This document shows positions 11,141 through 24,580 of a DNA stretch of 64,000 bases, one piece after another (position 1 is the stretch's first letter; every line of letters begins with the position of its first letter). A program made the translations under genes and the position numbers. Origin of the DNA: Octopus sinensis (lineage: Eukaryota); assembly GCF_006345805.1 (NCBI RefSeq), contig NC_043000.1:77066001-77130000 (forward strand), given 5' to 3'. The notes under the pieces were generated by a model that was not told where the DNA came from, did not search any database, and saw only the letters and a program-made list of their open reading frames with translations.

Positions 11141-11950
11141 GTTGGCGAACTGAAAAGTTCATAGGCTGATTATGAAGGGGTGGTGCTAGAGCAGTGAAAT
11201 CTTGTATACATTAATTTCAACACTTATTATTAATAACTGCATTGTTTCTTTACATGTAAACGGACATCTGACTGCTCAAGAAAGATTTCAAAGGTAACTA
11301 GTAGCGACTTCTCTTGAAAATCGACATCATGTTGTTATCTTGGCATCGTGGTGTTATCAAGCACCTATAGGAAAAGGGTTTAGCCCCCAAGGATATTCAT
11401 GCTGGGATAACGTTCCAGCTTTATCAACAGTACAAAAGTGGTAGCTGAATTTAGGAGGGGTCTTGAAGATGACCCAAGATCTGGATGTCCTGTAACTGTC
11501 ACTATCAAGGAAAATATTGATCATGTTCACCACATGGATGACAGGCGATCGACTATAAATAGTCAATGCTTTTAGCATACCTCGTGAGAAGGTTGAAAAA
11601 ATTCTGCTCAATGACCTTAGCATGACGAAGGTTTCTGCTCGGTGAGTGCTGGGAAAATCTGACATTGTTTGAGACAGATCCCGCTGGTTTCCTTCAATGT
11701 TTCCTCACCCATGATGAACGTTGGTTTCATCACTTTGAGCCACAGACAAAGAGACAATCCATGCAGTGGAAACACTCCTCGTTACCTGCTCCATAGAAGA
11801 CCATGGTCGTTTCATCTGTAGGGGAGACGATGGCTTCAGTTTGGGGGATGCAAAAGGCATTGTGTTTATTATTGCCTATCTTCAAAACTGCCACACTATC
11901 GATGGAGAATACTATGCCAACATGCTGAAGCAATTCTAAAAAGGACATCT
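11140..11950 (+). mobile_element. Degraded mariner transposon, 3'-truncated
   Basis: Left TIR CTGAAAAGTTCATAGGCTGA and a decayed transposase (THDE.W.H, QSMQWKH, KTMVVSSVG), homologous to 51383-52600. Confidence 0.85.
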
Positions 11951-11959
11951 TGGCCAACT

Positions 11960-12230
11960 AAGCCTTGAGTGGATTTGGAATACGGAAACTGAAAGAAGTC
12001 CGTCTTGTGAGTGTGTGTGATAGTGCATGTCCCTTGCCACCGCTGGACAACTGGTGTTGATGTGTTTATATCTCCACATCATAGCAGTTCGGCAAAATAG
12101 ACCGATATCACAAGTACCAGGCTTTACAATAAATAAATAAAAAGTATTGGTGTCCATTCATTCGACTAAAATTCTTCATGGCGGTGCTCCAGCATGGCCG
12201 CAGTCTAATGGCTGAAACAAGCAAAAGATA
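11960..12230 (+). mobile_element. SINE family 1, 5'-truncated
   Basis: AAGCCTTGAGTGGATTTGG...GCGGTGCTCCAGCATGGCCGCAG matches the other copies. Confidence 0.8.
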
Positions 12231-13431
12231 AAAAATACACAAGCATACACATATAAACATACACGTACATATTTACAGATAATTGCATAAAGAGTGTGTG
12301 CATCTTCAGTTCGGCTGTAAAGTTACACATAAGTGACTTAAGCGTCGAGAAATTCATGAACTGCACTCCAGACCCCTCATTCACACGTGACTTTACAGGT
12401 AAGTGACGCGCGCGCAGTGTCCTAGAAAACTGAGTACACATGAGCACTTTGGTGTCCTTTTTACACACAAAAATATAACGACAAATATCAAATCTCGTTG
12501 TTTATAACACACACACATTGAAATATGGGTTAGAGCGCCAATACAAATGTAAGGTGTTTTAGCAAATAACATTGGTAAGATTAGAGAAAAGGAACGGAGA
12601 GGAGGGAGTAAAACAAACAAAAAAGAAGAGCAAAACGAAACAAAAAATAACGTCAAGTTAGGTTTTCAGAAACTATCAAAATAATGAGGAGAGATATCGA
12701 TCAGGGAAGGAAATCAATAAAAAAGAAACCAGAGTCATGGAAGAAGATGCAAAACAGTGATTTTGCTGGCAAAAAACATCATCTCTTTTCTCTCTCAGCC
12801 TTCATAAAAACTAGAGATTTCTTCGACAAAACGAGGGAACTGCTACATGGTCGTACAATATGCTATGCTAAAAGTAGTAGTCAAATCTCTCACAAATCAC
12901 ACCATATTGTATAAGAATAAGGATATATTGGAGAGTGGCGTCCAAGGCTTACAGTGAATTATAGAATGTCATTGTCAGTCAAAGCTGACAAGATTTCTTT
13001 ATCGTTCAAAGATTAACGGCGTTTCAAAAATCGCAGGATGTGTTTTTATTATTTATATACCATTACACACAAATACATCTACTAAAAAAGAAATACACAT
13101 GTACATCTAAAAACTATATTTACACATCCATCTACTAACAATCACACCCACATATGCACCAATAACTACACAAATATGATTTATAGAATCCTGACAACTA
13201 AGACGGTGCTTTATGAATATATTACTCTTACAAGGTCCTACCAGATAGAGACATTGTGTTACATTCGATCATTGTATCTTGGCAAATAGCAGAGGTGTCA
13301 CAGCATCTTCGCAAATTGCTGAGAAACTGCAGTACAAACTATCTAAATATCATGGTAAACAGCTGCGAGACTGTGGTACATACTATCAGAGTGCTGGTGA
13401 AGAAAGAGGACAGGTCTTTAGGTTTTTCTTA

Positions 13432-13800
13432 GGCACAGGAGCGGCTGTGTGGTAAGTAGTTTGCTTACCAACCACGTGGCTCTAGGTTCAGTCTCACTGT
13501 GTGACACCTTAGGCAAATGTCTTCTACTATAGCCTCGAGCCGACCAAAGCCTTGTGAGTGGATTTGGAAGACGGAAACTAAAAGAAGCCCGTCGTATATA
13601 TATATATGTGCTCCCCCCCCCCCAACATCACTTGACAACCGATGCTGGTGTATTTACGTCCCCGTAACTTAGCGGTTCGGCAAAACAGACCGATAGAATA
13701 AGTACTAGTCTTACAAAGACTTAAATCCTTGGGTCGATTTGCCCGACTAAATGCAGTGCTCCAGCATTGGCAGTCAAATGACTGAAACAAATAAAAGAAT
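13432..13800 (+). mobile_element. SINE family 1, full length
   Basis: Head, CORE-like block, central microsatellite and tail are all present. Confidence 0.88.
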
Positions 13801-14049
13801 TCTGTGAATATGTAAATGTGACAAGACATCGTTGACAAAAAAATGACAAGACATAGGACATCATTAGCATGTCAACTTGCCTTCCATATCTTTGTACTCT
13901 TAATCACTGTTGAATCACATGGCTGTCCACTAGAATGTCTGATAGTTCCTGCAACTTGATACTGTTCTTTTATTGTTCCTTTTCTTCATCTTTCCAAGCA
14001 TCTGCAAGCTTGAATCTAGCATTATAGCAAGAGTAGCAAAGACTGTACT

Positions 14050-14285
14050 AATACAGACGTGTGATGTGTATGGAGGATAACAGTTGTATAATTAAGTGCT
14101 GGGCATTCAAAATGGATGGAATCCAAGACGAAGATCTATGGTGACTTGGGACTAAGTGGTGAAAACTGACCTTAAAATACTGAACCTTACAAACATGGTG
14201 TAGGACAGCAATGAGTCGTGACAGTTTTGGAGAAGATCCGGACACCCATGCAAGCATTGGCAAAACAGACATTAAAATGATGGTA
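14050..14285 (+). mobile_element. Degraded LINE 3' end (RTE-like)
   Basis: Decayed TW..VVK.DL..L.L-type C-terminus followed by ACCCATGCAAGCATTGG...CATTAAAATGATG tail. Confidence 0.5.
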
Positions 14286-14335
14286 ATAGAGGAATTATGT
14301 ACATTAGACGGATATTTGTCCTCATCTTGTTTGTT

Positions 14336-14381
14336 AACACAACGTTTCGGTTGATATACCTTCCAGCCTTCATCAGGTGTC
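14336..14381 (-). ncRNA. Minimal type I hammerhead ribozyme motif
   Basis: Minus strand: GACAC-CTGATGA-A-GGCTG..CAACC-GAAACGTT-GTGTT; helix I GACAC/GTGTT, palindromic ACGT helix III. Confidence 0.75.
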
Positions 14382-14528
14382 TTGGGGAAATTTCGAACTT
14401 GGGTTCTCATTCCTAAGGTATTTTTCGATGTTATTAGTAATATTATTATTATTATAATTATTATTAATAATAATAACAACATCGAAAACTACCTTAGGAA
14501 TGAGAACCCAGGTTCGAAATTTCCCCAA

Positions 14529-14574
14529 GACACCTGATGAAGGCTGGAGGGTATATCAGCCGAAATGTTGTGTT
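14529..14574 (+). ncRNA. Minimal type I hammerhead ribozyme motif (helix III C>T)
   Basis: GACAC-CTGATGA-A-GGCTG GAGGGTATAT CAGCC-GAAATGTT-GTGTT. Confidence 0.7.
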
Positions 14575-16659
14575 AACAAACAAGATGAGGACAAATATCC
14601 GTCAAATGTAAATAATGTATCAACATTTAGTTCTCTCATTCATTCTTGTTAGGTCTACTTCCTTTCCCTCATTACTCTCCTCTCCTATTTACTGTGCCAT
14701 GCTGCATGTGTAACAAGGATGGCGTTGGCACTGCATGTATTCAACATTATCATTGAACCTCTCTCCCATCATTATGGTTGTGTAATGGAGAGATGGCATC
14801 AGACATCTGTCCATATTCATACTCCTTCCACATTCTTTATCCATCACACTTTCTCTCTCTCTCACACACACATTACTCCCTCCCAGCTCACTCATTATTC
14901 TTATATATTACTCTTACTTCCAGGACTGCTATCACCGTCTCCTTCCTTCCACTTTCTTTTCCCTGAGTACCGTTCATACTGTTTTGATTAAGTCCCCTTA
15001 CAAATAAAGATGTTGTTGCTATCACTGTTTCTTTTCTGTAACTCCTTCCTTTATTACTCACTTGTCACTATCACATTTGTTTTTCATACTACCACGGGTT
15101 GGGTAGGTCATCACAGTCCTGGTTTTGGCATATGGCCATTCAGTGTAGCAGGACTATGCAAGCTAAAATTATTTGGTCACTTTTGTCTTTGCTAAATCCT
15201 CATTATTCTCTCTCTGGACTTTTTCATTACTGTCACTGTCAGTTTGACGTTCTTCAACAACTTTTAAAAATCTTTCTAGAGTGAACTTAACTGTGATGTT
15301 GACTTGCTAGATGCCCTCCTGGGAGACCATAAAGAGTAAAGCAGCAGCTAGAAACATGGATTAATACCATAAAGTTAGATTTGATCCTTGTGTCTACTAC
15401 TGGAATTGAGAATTAATGCATTGACAGGTGTCTGTGATCACCACGCATGGCTTGAGAATTTATGTTTATGATGCTGTGATTTACCAGTTGGGGCTGGATC
15501 AGCCTATCTTGGATGAAACTTACAAAGATATAAATATAGTAATGAGGATGAGTGATGAGAGAGTGACAGGGGATAATGTTTAGCAATAAAGAAGGGATGA
15601 TGACCTAGGAATGGTTGGATACATAGAGATTCAATGAAATGCTGTCCCTCATAGCAAAGTTGTGATAGAAACGAAATGATAGTATATATGTACATTGATA
15701 AGGGGAGAAGGTGAGTAAGACTGGGTGAATAATGAAGAGAAAATAGTAACTGGAGAATTAATATGAACATAATGGTGAGGAGAGACCCAAATATAGACAT
15801 GCATTTTGATTTTCATCATTATCATCATTTTACATAAGTTTTCCCATGTTTGCAAGGGTTGTAAAGATTCTTCCCCAACACAGCTCTTCATCATAAGTTA
15901 TAGTCTTTTCTCATCATTTTCATGAGGCTCAGCCTTTTAAGATCAGCTTCTCATGTTTCCCTTGGTCTCTTCCTTCCTCATGCTACATCCACTGAGCTCT
16001 CAATACCTCTTTAAAAAATTGATCTCTTTATGTATCACATGTCTATATCAGCCAGTCTTCTCTCTTATAAATCACATCTGATTCTTCTTATACCCAACTT
16101 ATCTCCTAACTCATTTGTACTAAGTGGCTCAACACATGCTAACATTAAAATATTAACTGGAACATACTTTTTTCCAACATTTGCAATTCTTTTGTATTTA
16201 GGGCCAATGTCTTGCTAATGTGGAGTATTGCACATTATACACAAGCAATGAACAATATACCCCTCACTCAAGAGAGAAACTTTTTGTTGATAACCAATAG
16301 CTAAGAACTTGTCTGCTAGAGTTAAAGGTAACTATTGTGCTGATTCCACCTACTGAGGCACAAATGTGTGACAGCATTAATCCTCTTTCCCTCAATTACA
16401 TGTTAAGTTCAGAAAAGTTTTGATTCTTGAAATTATCTACTTGTTTCCAAGTTATTTCAGAGTTAATCAAACAACTAACATCGTGAACATATTTATATGA
16501 AGAACAGGAAACAAACAAGAAGCCATTGTTTACAAATCAAGGTAAATATCAACTTAGTCGCATAAATACACAGACAAACATACTTAATGTGTGTATATAT
16601 ATTCAAATATATAATGTATAAATATGCATATTTATAAATAAGCCACACACACACACACA

Positions 16660-16810
16660 CAATGGGCTTCTTTCAGTTTCTGTCTACCAAATCAACTCAC
16701 AAAGCTTTCATCAACTTGGGATGACAGCGTCACCCAAGATGACACTAGCAATGAGACTGAATTCAAAGCCATGTGATTGGGAAGTAAATATACACACAAG
16801 CCACTGGCCA
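16660..16810 (-). mobile_element. SINE family 1, 5' half, old
   Basis: ATGGGCTTCTTTCAGTTTCTGTCTACCAAATC is the reverse complement of the family body. Confidence 0.7.
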
Positions 16811-19109
16811 TGTTGTTTCATTTATGCAAATTACCTAAGCCATTAAAGTTCTTTCTTTCTTTTTCATGTTATGAGTGTCTCATTTGCTGGAGATAAGATA
16901 GGACAGCTGCTATGCTGATGATGCCTACTGGGTCAAAAACAGATGTCTACAGCTGTCCTCTTGTCTCTTGACAATCAGATTCCTTTTTCCTTAAAAGCAA
17001 AGCATATTGGAAAATTTTAGAAGAGTGTATTATCTCCTCTTTTGATTTTTAAGCTGGCACCATTCACCAACACCCTGGAAGCATAGATAATTTCAATAAA
17101 TCCAGAATCTTTCATGTATGGTATTCAATAGAAACTTATCATTGCTTTTTTTCTGTGTGTGTGGGGGGGCACTACACATAATCATACATACACCCTCATA
17201 CACATATACCAGTTTGTCTAGAGAGCAGTTATTCTGCTTGTCATAAAGTGTTTATACTTCCTTCTTTACCCCTACTCCTTAGTATGTATGTGCATGTGTG
17301 GTTAATAATGAAGCAGAGAGAGAGAGGATGTTGTTCTTAAATTTCAGGTCTTTTTTGCTGACTTTGAAATAGTGATGGAATGAACATTCTAAAGAGTTTC
17401 TCCCTTGCCCCAACTGCCATTTTAAGGAGTCTCTCTCTTTCAGTATTTCCACCACCACCATTAACACTAACACTCAAAGGAGTTTCCCCTCACTACCACC
17501 ACTTGGAAGAGTCTTCTCCTTACTGCTCACAACCTCCACCATGGTTAACACTCTCAGGTCCTCTCTCTCTATCATTGCAACGAGCATTAAGTTATCCAGA
17601 GTTAATTCTGGATGTAGTCTCACACTCCTTACAACTACATCCTTTATATTTGCTGTGTTTCAGAAAACAAAATTAGGACACATTCTCAGCATTATCAAGG
17701 TTTACTGGCTTCACTCTTCATATAGTCATTTAGAGTCATGCTCTGGTTACAATCACACCCTTTACCCCCCCCCTTACTTAGTTCCCTAAGTAGAGAGGAA
17801 ATCAACCCAACTGATTAATTTGTACATTAAAGCATTCTACATCCTCTCCCCAATATCACGTGACTCCTGATATTGTCATTTGGCATAGAAACCATTTTCA
17901 TTTCAGTCACATCTGTGAAGGGAATTGATATTAATTACCACAACAGCAGCATATGCATTTTTTAAAAAAACCTAATCTACCCCCAGTAGAAATAGTGTTG
18001 GCACTCAATTAGAATCATCTTCAACTGATTTTAAGGTCCAGGTGAAATTTCAGAATAGATGTCCTCTTTCACTTTTTTATTATTCTTATGTTTTCATACA
18101 ATGATAATTATAATTCTAAAGATTTGTGGAGAACTCACTTCAGCCATTCAAAAACTTAACTCAATCCTTTAATATGTGGTGTCAACATTTGTCAAACTAT
18201 CTGCAAGTTAGCCACTGATACAGTTTCACAGCAACTGGTTTGGGTGAAGACTGTTGGTGGATACATATACGTCTCAGGGTTTTAAATATAATTTTTTTTT
18301 CTTTCAGCCATTCCAGTTGTCATCACCTGGTATTTATTGTAAGTCAGTTCATTTGGCTTTTGGTTGAAATTGAATGCCTGATTAGAGGAAAAAACTATAA
18401 ATCTCCTAGGTCTATATAAGTTAGTCAAGTTTTGTCTTAGGCCAGTTTCTGTGTAGATAGTGTGATGGGCTGTAATTTGCTTTTGTCTTGAGAACTTTGA
18501 TATTTTTCATTTTTAACCTTTTCCCACTTCTATAACTTCTTCATAAGGTATAGGATTTCTATTCTAAAACACCAAGAATTGATATAGAACATTCCAGGCT
18601 GCCAAACATTCTTCCAACACAGACTCTTGATAGTGACAAACCATTCCTCAGACAATAGTTAAAAACAAAACAAAGATTTGTTACAAATTCTTGTATGTAT
18701 ATGCGGGAATGTGTTATGTCTGTCTGTCTATAAAATAAAGCTTGCACTGTAGGGACATTCCCTGTCTAAAAAGCAGATAATGATTTTGGCACCTGTCAAC
18801 AGTATGTCTCCCCCAGCAGTGCCAAACGGCTTTGATGCTACCATGAAATGTCCAGGTTGTTTCAACCCACAATGTAGTATACTTTTTCCTCACAGCATCC
18901 AGTCAGAAGTAACTAATCACACAAACCACGCAGCTTCCAGTTTTGGTCATTCTCTCAGAATACCTTTGCCATATCCAAGATGAACTTTGCTTCCTTCACT
19001 AAGTCACAAATCACTGCTCTGTATTAAATACAATGCTAGCAACATAGGACATTATATATTGTTTAAGCATGCATGCCCTTCAAAAGGCATGGATGAATTT
19101 ATCAAATTC

Positions 19110-20900
19110 ACATCAGTCTTAGTCAGAGCATCAGCAAAAAACGCTTTGCAGTATTTGTTCTGCATCTTTACACACTGAGTTCAAATCTTGCCAAGGTCAA
19201 CTTTGCCTTTCATCCTTTTGAGGTAATACTAGTCAATCGCTAGGATCAATGTAATCACCTAACCGCTTGCCTTCAAAACTGCAGACCTTATACCTAAATT
19301 AGAAACCATTTATTAGTAATTATTAGAATAAAGTATAAAGTTACAGGTTGGAATCTGTGAGTGGGTGGTGTCTATGCTTTTCCTAACATAGACACCACAC
19401 TCTCACAGTAGACTTAGTTGACTCCCCATCAATTTTACCTATTTTATAGATGTCTTCATATAAATTTACATACACACACACACAAGAGTAACAACAAACA
19501 TACACACAATACAGATAACAGGAAATGAAGTTAATTACATATCATTATCATCATTAAGAAATGGCAAAAAAGTCAGTGAGGTGGCAGAATCGTTAGCATG
19601 CCGGGTGAAGTGCATAGCAGCATTTTGTCTGTTTTTATGTTCTGAGTTCAAAGTTCGCCAACGTCAACTTTGCCTTTTATCCTTTTGGGATCGATAAATT
19701 AAGTACCAGTCAGGTACAGGGGTTGATGTGATTGACTTCCCCATCCCCCAAAATTTCAGGCCTTGTGTCTAAAGTAGAGAGGATCATTCAGGGGTAGCAA
19801 CAAATTGCAGATCTGGGGTATCTCAGTAAATGACTTATGGTAGTAAGTTATGATCCTTTTGTTTTGAGTTCAAATCCTACAGACATTGATTTTGCCTTAT
19901 GCACCCTCAAACCTACGATAGTGCTTATTACAACTGGATTTGTAGAATTGTTAAAGCACCAGAAAAAATGGTTTGTTGCATTTATTCTGGCTCTTAACAT
20001 TCTAGGTAAAAATTCTTTTGAGGTCAATTTTGTCTTTCAGCCTTTGGGGGCCCATAAAATAAAAGTACCAATCAAGTATTGGGTTTGAGGATTTCAACTG
20101 TCCCATTTTCTCAAAACTGCTGGTCTTGTGCCAGGCAGAATCATTAGCATGCTGGATAAAATATTTCATCCATATATACATTCTAAGTTCAAATTCCACC
20201 GATGTTGACTTTACTTTTCAACTTTTCAGTGTCAATAAGTATCAGTGAAGCACTGGAATCAATCTAATCAATTCCCCTTCCTTCCCTACAAATTTCAAGC
20301 AGTGTGCGTGTAATAGAAAGGATTATTATTACTATAAGGTGGCAAACTGGTAGACGCATTAGGACATCAGTTAAATGTCTTGAAGTATTTCTTCTGAGTC
20401 CAAATCTTGCCTGGATCAGCTTTACCTTTCAACCATTTGGAGTTGATAAAAGAATATCTGTTGAGTACTGGCATCAATTTAATCAACACATCTTCTCCCC
20501 TCAAATTGCTGGCCTTGTGCCTAAATCAAAAACCAATATTATCACTATCATTATTATTAATGTTGTTGTTCAACTCCAATCTGCGATCAAGCAGCAGAAC
20601 TATGAAAGAATGCACTTCAGCCTTGACCACTAGTTCTTGTTTTTATAGATTATACGACCCTGTGTATCTGGTGAAATTATGAGGAAGACTTGGCTATTAT
20701 CTTCTCTATAGTGCTACATTTAGTGACCACGTTTCAGCCAGGGCACAAGATTAGTAGTAATGATAGAGCAACAGACTAAAAATACTATGCAATATTTAAG
20801 TTACATATCTTTACATTCTGATTTTAAATCCAGCTAGAGTTAACTTTATTTTCCCTTATTAAATCCAGAATTGGTAACAGAACTGCTGAAGTACTGTTTT
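19110..20900 (+). mobile_element. Cluster of ~7 co-oriented, diverged tRNA-SINE family 2 copies
   Basis: Recurrent TTCTGAGTTCAAAT...GTCAACTTTGCCTTTCATCC...AAGTACCAGT with a GGCCTTGTGCC tail. Confidence 0.75.
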
Positions 20901-20979
20901 GGTCTAATGTAATGTATACATACATACACACAAACACACACGTGTATATATACATGGTCTAACATACATAATTATACAT

Positions 20980-21385
20980 CTTTTATCTGTTTCAGTCATT
21001 AGACTGCAGTCATGCTGGAGCACCACCTTGAAAACTTTTTAGTTGAATGAATTGACCCTTGTACTAATTTTTTCCTTTTAAGCCTGGTACTTCTATCAGT
21101 CTCTTTTACTGAACTGCTAAGTTACAGGGACATAATCAAACCAACACCAGCTGTCAAGTGGTGGATATAGACATAAAGACACACATACATATATATACAC
21201 ACACACACATATATATATGATGGGCTTCTTTCAGTTTCTATCTATTAAATCCACTCACAAGGCTTTGATTGGCCCAAGGCTATAGTATAAGACACTTACT
21301 TGCCCAAGGTTCCATGCAGTGGGACTGAACTTGGAACCTCGTGGTTAGGTAGCAAGCTTCTTACCACACAGCTACACCAGCACCT
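20980..21385 (-). mobile_element. SINE family 1, full length
   Basis: Reverse complement of head, body and tail. Confidence 0.85.
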
Positions 21386-21949
21386 ATGCATATGTTTATA
21401 ATTGTTGAACTTGAGAAGAGCCAAAATATCAAATGACTTTATATCATATAAACTAGCAAGAATATGAAGATATTTTTAATTATTAATAAAAGTCTGTGGA
21501 GAAGGGGAATGCTATTTGAGGCATACAAGTCATTGTTACACAAGTATATATAAGACCCTTGTCTTCACATCACATGATGGCTGTAAAATGAGCATCACCA
21601 TCATACAAGCAATACTGCTCATTTCCAATCTTCTGTGAAATACATGCCAGGCTGTGAGGAAATATTGCTTTGCTTGGAAGCATGTGATAAGTGAGAATAA
21701 GAAGGGCATCCAGCCATAGAAAATCCTTTTCAACAAATTCTGTCTGATCCATGAAAGCAAAGAAACGTGAATGATAAAGCAATGATAATGATGACAATAC
21801 ATATTTTTACTGGATATAATCTGTCTTCCCGATAAGATTCCACAACTCTGGTACCATAAATTTGGATGGAAACTCCACTTTTCAGGAGCAGCACTAACTA
21901 TGTATGCACAGGTGGGATAGGGGATACTCAAAAGTTTCAGGTTGTTGGA

Positions 21950-23240
21950 TTGGATTATGAAGTGGATCCCACTAGCCAGGAGGGTTTGCTTCCTGAAGCT
22001 GGGTGGAAGGAAGAAGTGCTGTGGCTGTTGTAAATATGTGCACCAAAGAGCAAGGGCAAATACAAATCCATCCTTGATGAAGTCATCACAGCTTTAGATA
22101 TAGATAAGACCAGATCATTTGTTCAACAAGGAAATGTTAATTTACATGTTGGCACTGATCACCAGATGGGGAATGAAGTGACTGGGAGGAATGGTGACCC
22201 TGAATTAAATGTGAATGGAGAAACCTTACTTGACTTCTGAGCTGGAAATGGGCTTTCTGTTATGAACACCTTCTTTCAACGTTGGGATATCCATAAGTAT
22301 ATCTGGTATAGAGGTCACTGATTGATTTTGTAATCATTTTGGACCTCTTTGAGTCTGTGCAGGATGTTTATGTAAAAAGAGGGGCTGAACTATCAATTGA
22401 TCACCACCTAGTTATATGCAATCTGAGACTATCAACAGCAGGGAGAACTTGCAAAACTGGTAAGGCCAATGTGACTTACAAGTGGGAAGCCCTAGTAGAT
22501 GATGGGATACATGGGCATTATTGCATCCAAGTTCAGCCTTTCCTGAACAAACTGAGTATGTTGAAGTGAAGTGGAAATTGTTCTGTTCAGCAATTTCCTC
22601 TTTGGCTATGCAATGCTGTGGGTGAAAGTAGATCTGTGTGGTGTCAGTGTTAAAGAAACTCTTGATTTAACCAGGAATTTAAAGATGCATTCCAAGCAAA
22701 GAAGGAAGCTTACAGAGCTTGGCTTAGAACTAAGTCTCCTCTTTTGTGCACATGGCACAGTGAGGCAAGAAAAGTTGCAGCAGAAACAGTTAAAACATCC
22801 AAACTGAGTCAAGGAAGAACTTTGGGGTTAAGTTGGAATCTGGTTTTAGATTGGCAATGAAGTAGTCTAGCAGTCATCAGCTGACTTCATAACAAGAAGC
22901 CCTCTTCCACACCTGCTATTAAGAAATTGATGGGAGTTCTCTCTAAAAAGAGTATCCTACAAAGATAGAGAGAATACTTTGCTGATCTGAATCCAGTCAC
23001 AATAAAATATTCTGATGAATATGAAGTACATCTGGGGAAGAAAAATTAACTTTACAGACTCATAGATGTGGTTAAAGTGCTCAAATGTAGCAAGGCCACT
23101 GAGGAGGATGTATTTTGGCCCAAGATGTTAAAAGCCTCAAGTATAGAAGGCATATTCTGGCTGATCTGTGTATGCCCAATGGCTTGGACCTCTAGAAAGA
23201 TACCAAAGCAATGGAAATCTGCAGTAATAATCCCAATGGG
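21950..23240 (+). pseudogene. Degraded RTE-like LINE (APE endonuclease to RT N-terminus)
   Basis: Relics GNVNLHVG, NGETLLDF, MNTFFQ, LIDFV, SIDHHLV and IPKQWKSAVIIP with many stops. Confidence 0.7.
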
Positions 23241-23384
23241 TTCCCAGTCCCTTATACACATGCATAGTTTGCTTATTTCTTCATTGAGCAAGTTTCACTT
23301 TGCTGTTGAATCTTAATTTTCATCAGAAACACTGTTTATTATTCAGTTTGTTCATTTAGGTACACTACTACACATGCACCCAAT

Positions 23385-23925
23385 GGGCTTCTTTCAGTTT
23401 CCATCTATCAAATCCACTCATAAGGCTTTGGTTGGCTCAGGGCTATTGTTAATGACACTTGCTCAAGGTACCACTCAGTGGGACTAAACCCAAGACCACA
23501 TGGTTGGGAAGAAAGCTTTTCAACCTCACAGCCTGGATATACACGCACGCTACTCAGTGTATGGGTGTGTGTGTGTGTATAATATGTGTATATGATGTGT
23601 TGATGCAGATTTTCTATGGTTGGATGCACTTCCTATCATTAAATTCACTGGTTTCCATGCAAGGCAATATTTCCTAAAGGCCAAACATTTTCTCACAAAA
23701 GATTGAAAATGAACACTTGTATAATGGATTGTTCATTTACAAGCATCCTATGATACCAAGACAAGGGTGTATACACACACACACATGTGCATACACATAC
23801 ATGTATATATGATGGGGTTCTTTCAGTGCCTGTTGACCAAATCTGCTCACAAGGGTGGCTTAGGGCTTTAGTAGAAGATACATGTTCAAAGTGCAGCACA
23901 GTGAGACTGAACCTGAAACCAGATG
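23385..23925 (-). mobile_element. Two partial SINE family 1 copies
   Basis: Body matches at 23385-23535 and 23810-23925. Confidence 0.65.
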
Positions 23926-23955
23926 ATTATACATATATATATGTACAAGTATCTG

Positions 23956-24009
<54 letters not shown>

Positions 24010-24349
24010 TATATATATCATGGGATGATATGTCACAAACTGCATGACCTTGGTATCATTGGGAAACTAAGGGAGTAGGTGCATGACTTTTTGAAAATAG
24101 GAGTCAGGACAGTTGCAGCTAATACTGCTCCTCCTCTGTCTTTCTCTCTGAGGAGACATCAATACCAAGTGGAGTCTTTCAAGTAGCTATACAACTACTG
24201 TTTGTGGTGGCTCTCAGAGACATGCCCTCAATCATATAGTCAGCCACTCTAACCAGCTATGCTACTGACATATCCCAACTCTGGGACTGAAAATTATACC
24301 ATTCACTGGAATTTACGTCATTGCATAGTATCAAAGAATCTACTTGCTT

Positions 24350-24580
24350 TGTTAGGACCCAATACTGCAACAGTTTAGGGTTCAAAGATCCACAACTTTT
24401 TTTAATAGTTTGTCAAGAGCCCACAGAGATCTATGAGAAGTAAATGTGGCTATGTTGCAAGAATAATTACACAAAATTTTATCTGATATATCAGATGAAC
24501 CCGCATCACAGTAAGAAACACAAAGAAGGGCATCCATGTCCAACTTACTACTTCACTAGGAGTGATTCTGGAGTCAAGGT
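24350..24580 (+). mobile_element. CR1/L2-group LINE 3' relic
   Basis: NSLGFKDPQLF...RDL...LSDISDEP-type C-terminal motif. Confidence 0.55.

Larger units (their letters stand above)
14286..14620. mobile_element. Palindromic hammerhead-bearing element (inverted ~140-bp arms around (ATT)n/(AAT)n)
   Basis: 14290-14431 is the reverse complement of 14478-14620; each arm contains CTGATGA...GAAA. Confidence 0.85.

Noticed and set aside
12300-12420. Plus-strand donor CAGGTAAGTG with a CACGTG E-box in unique sequence
   Set aside because: No supportable upstream exon frame or acceptor.
17280-19000. Coding-like composition suggesting exons or an old TE
   Set aside because: No sustained frame, splice-bounded exon or diagnostic motif could be identified.
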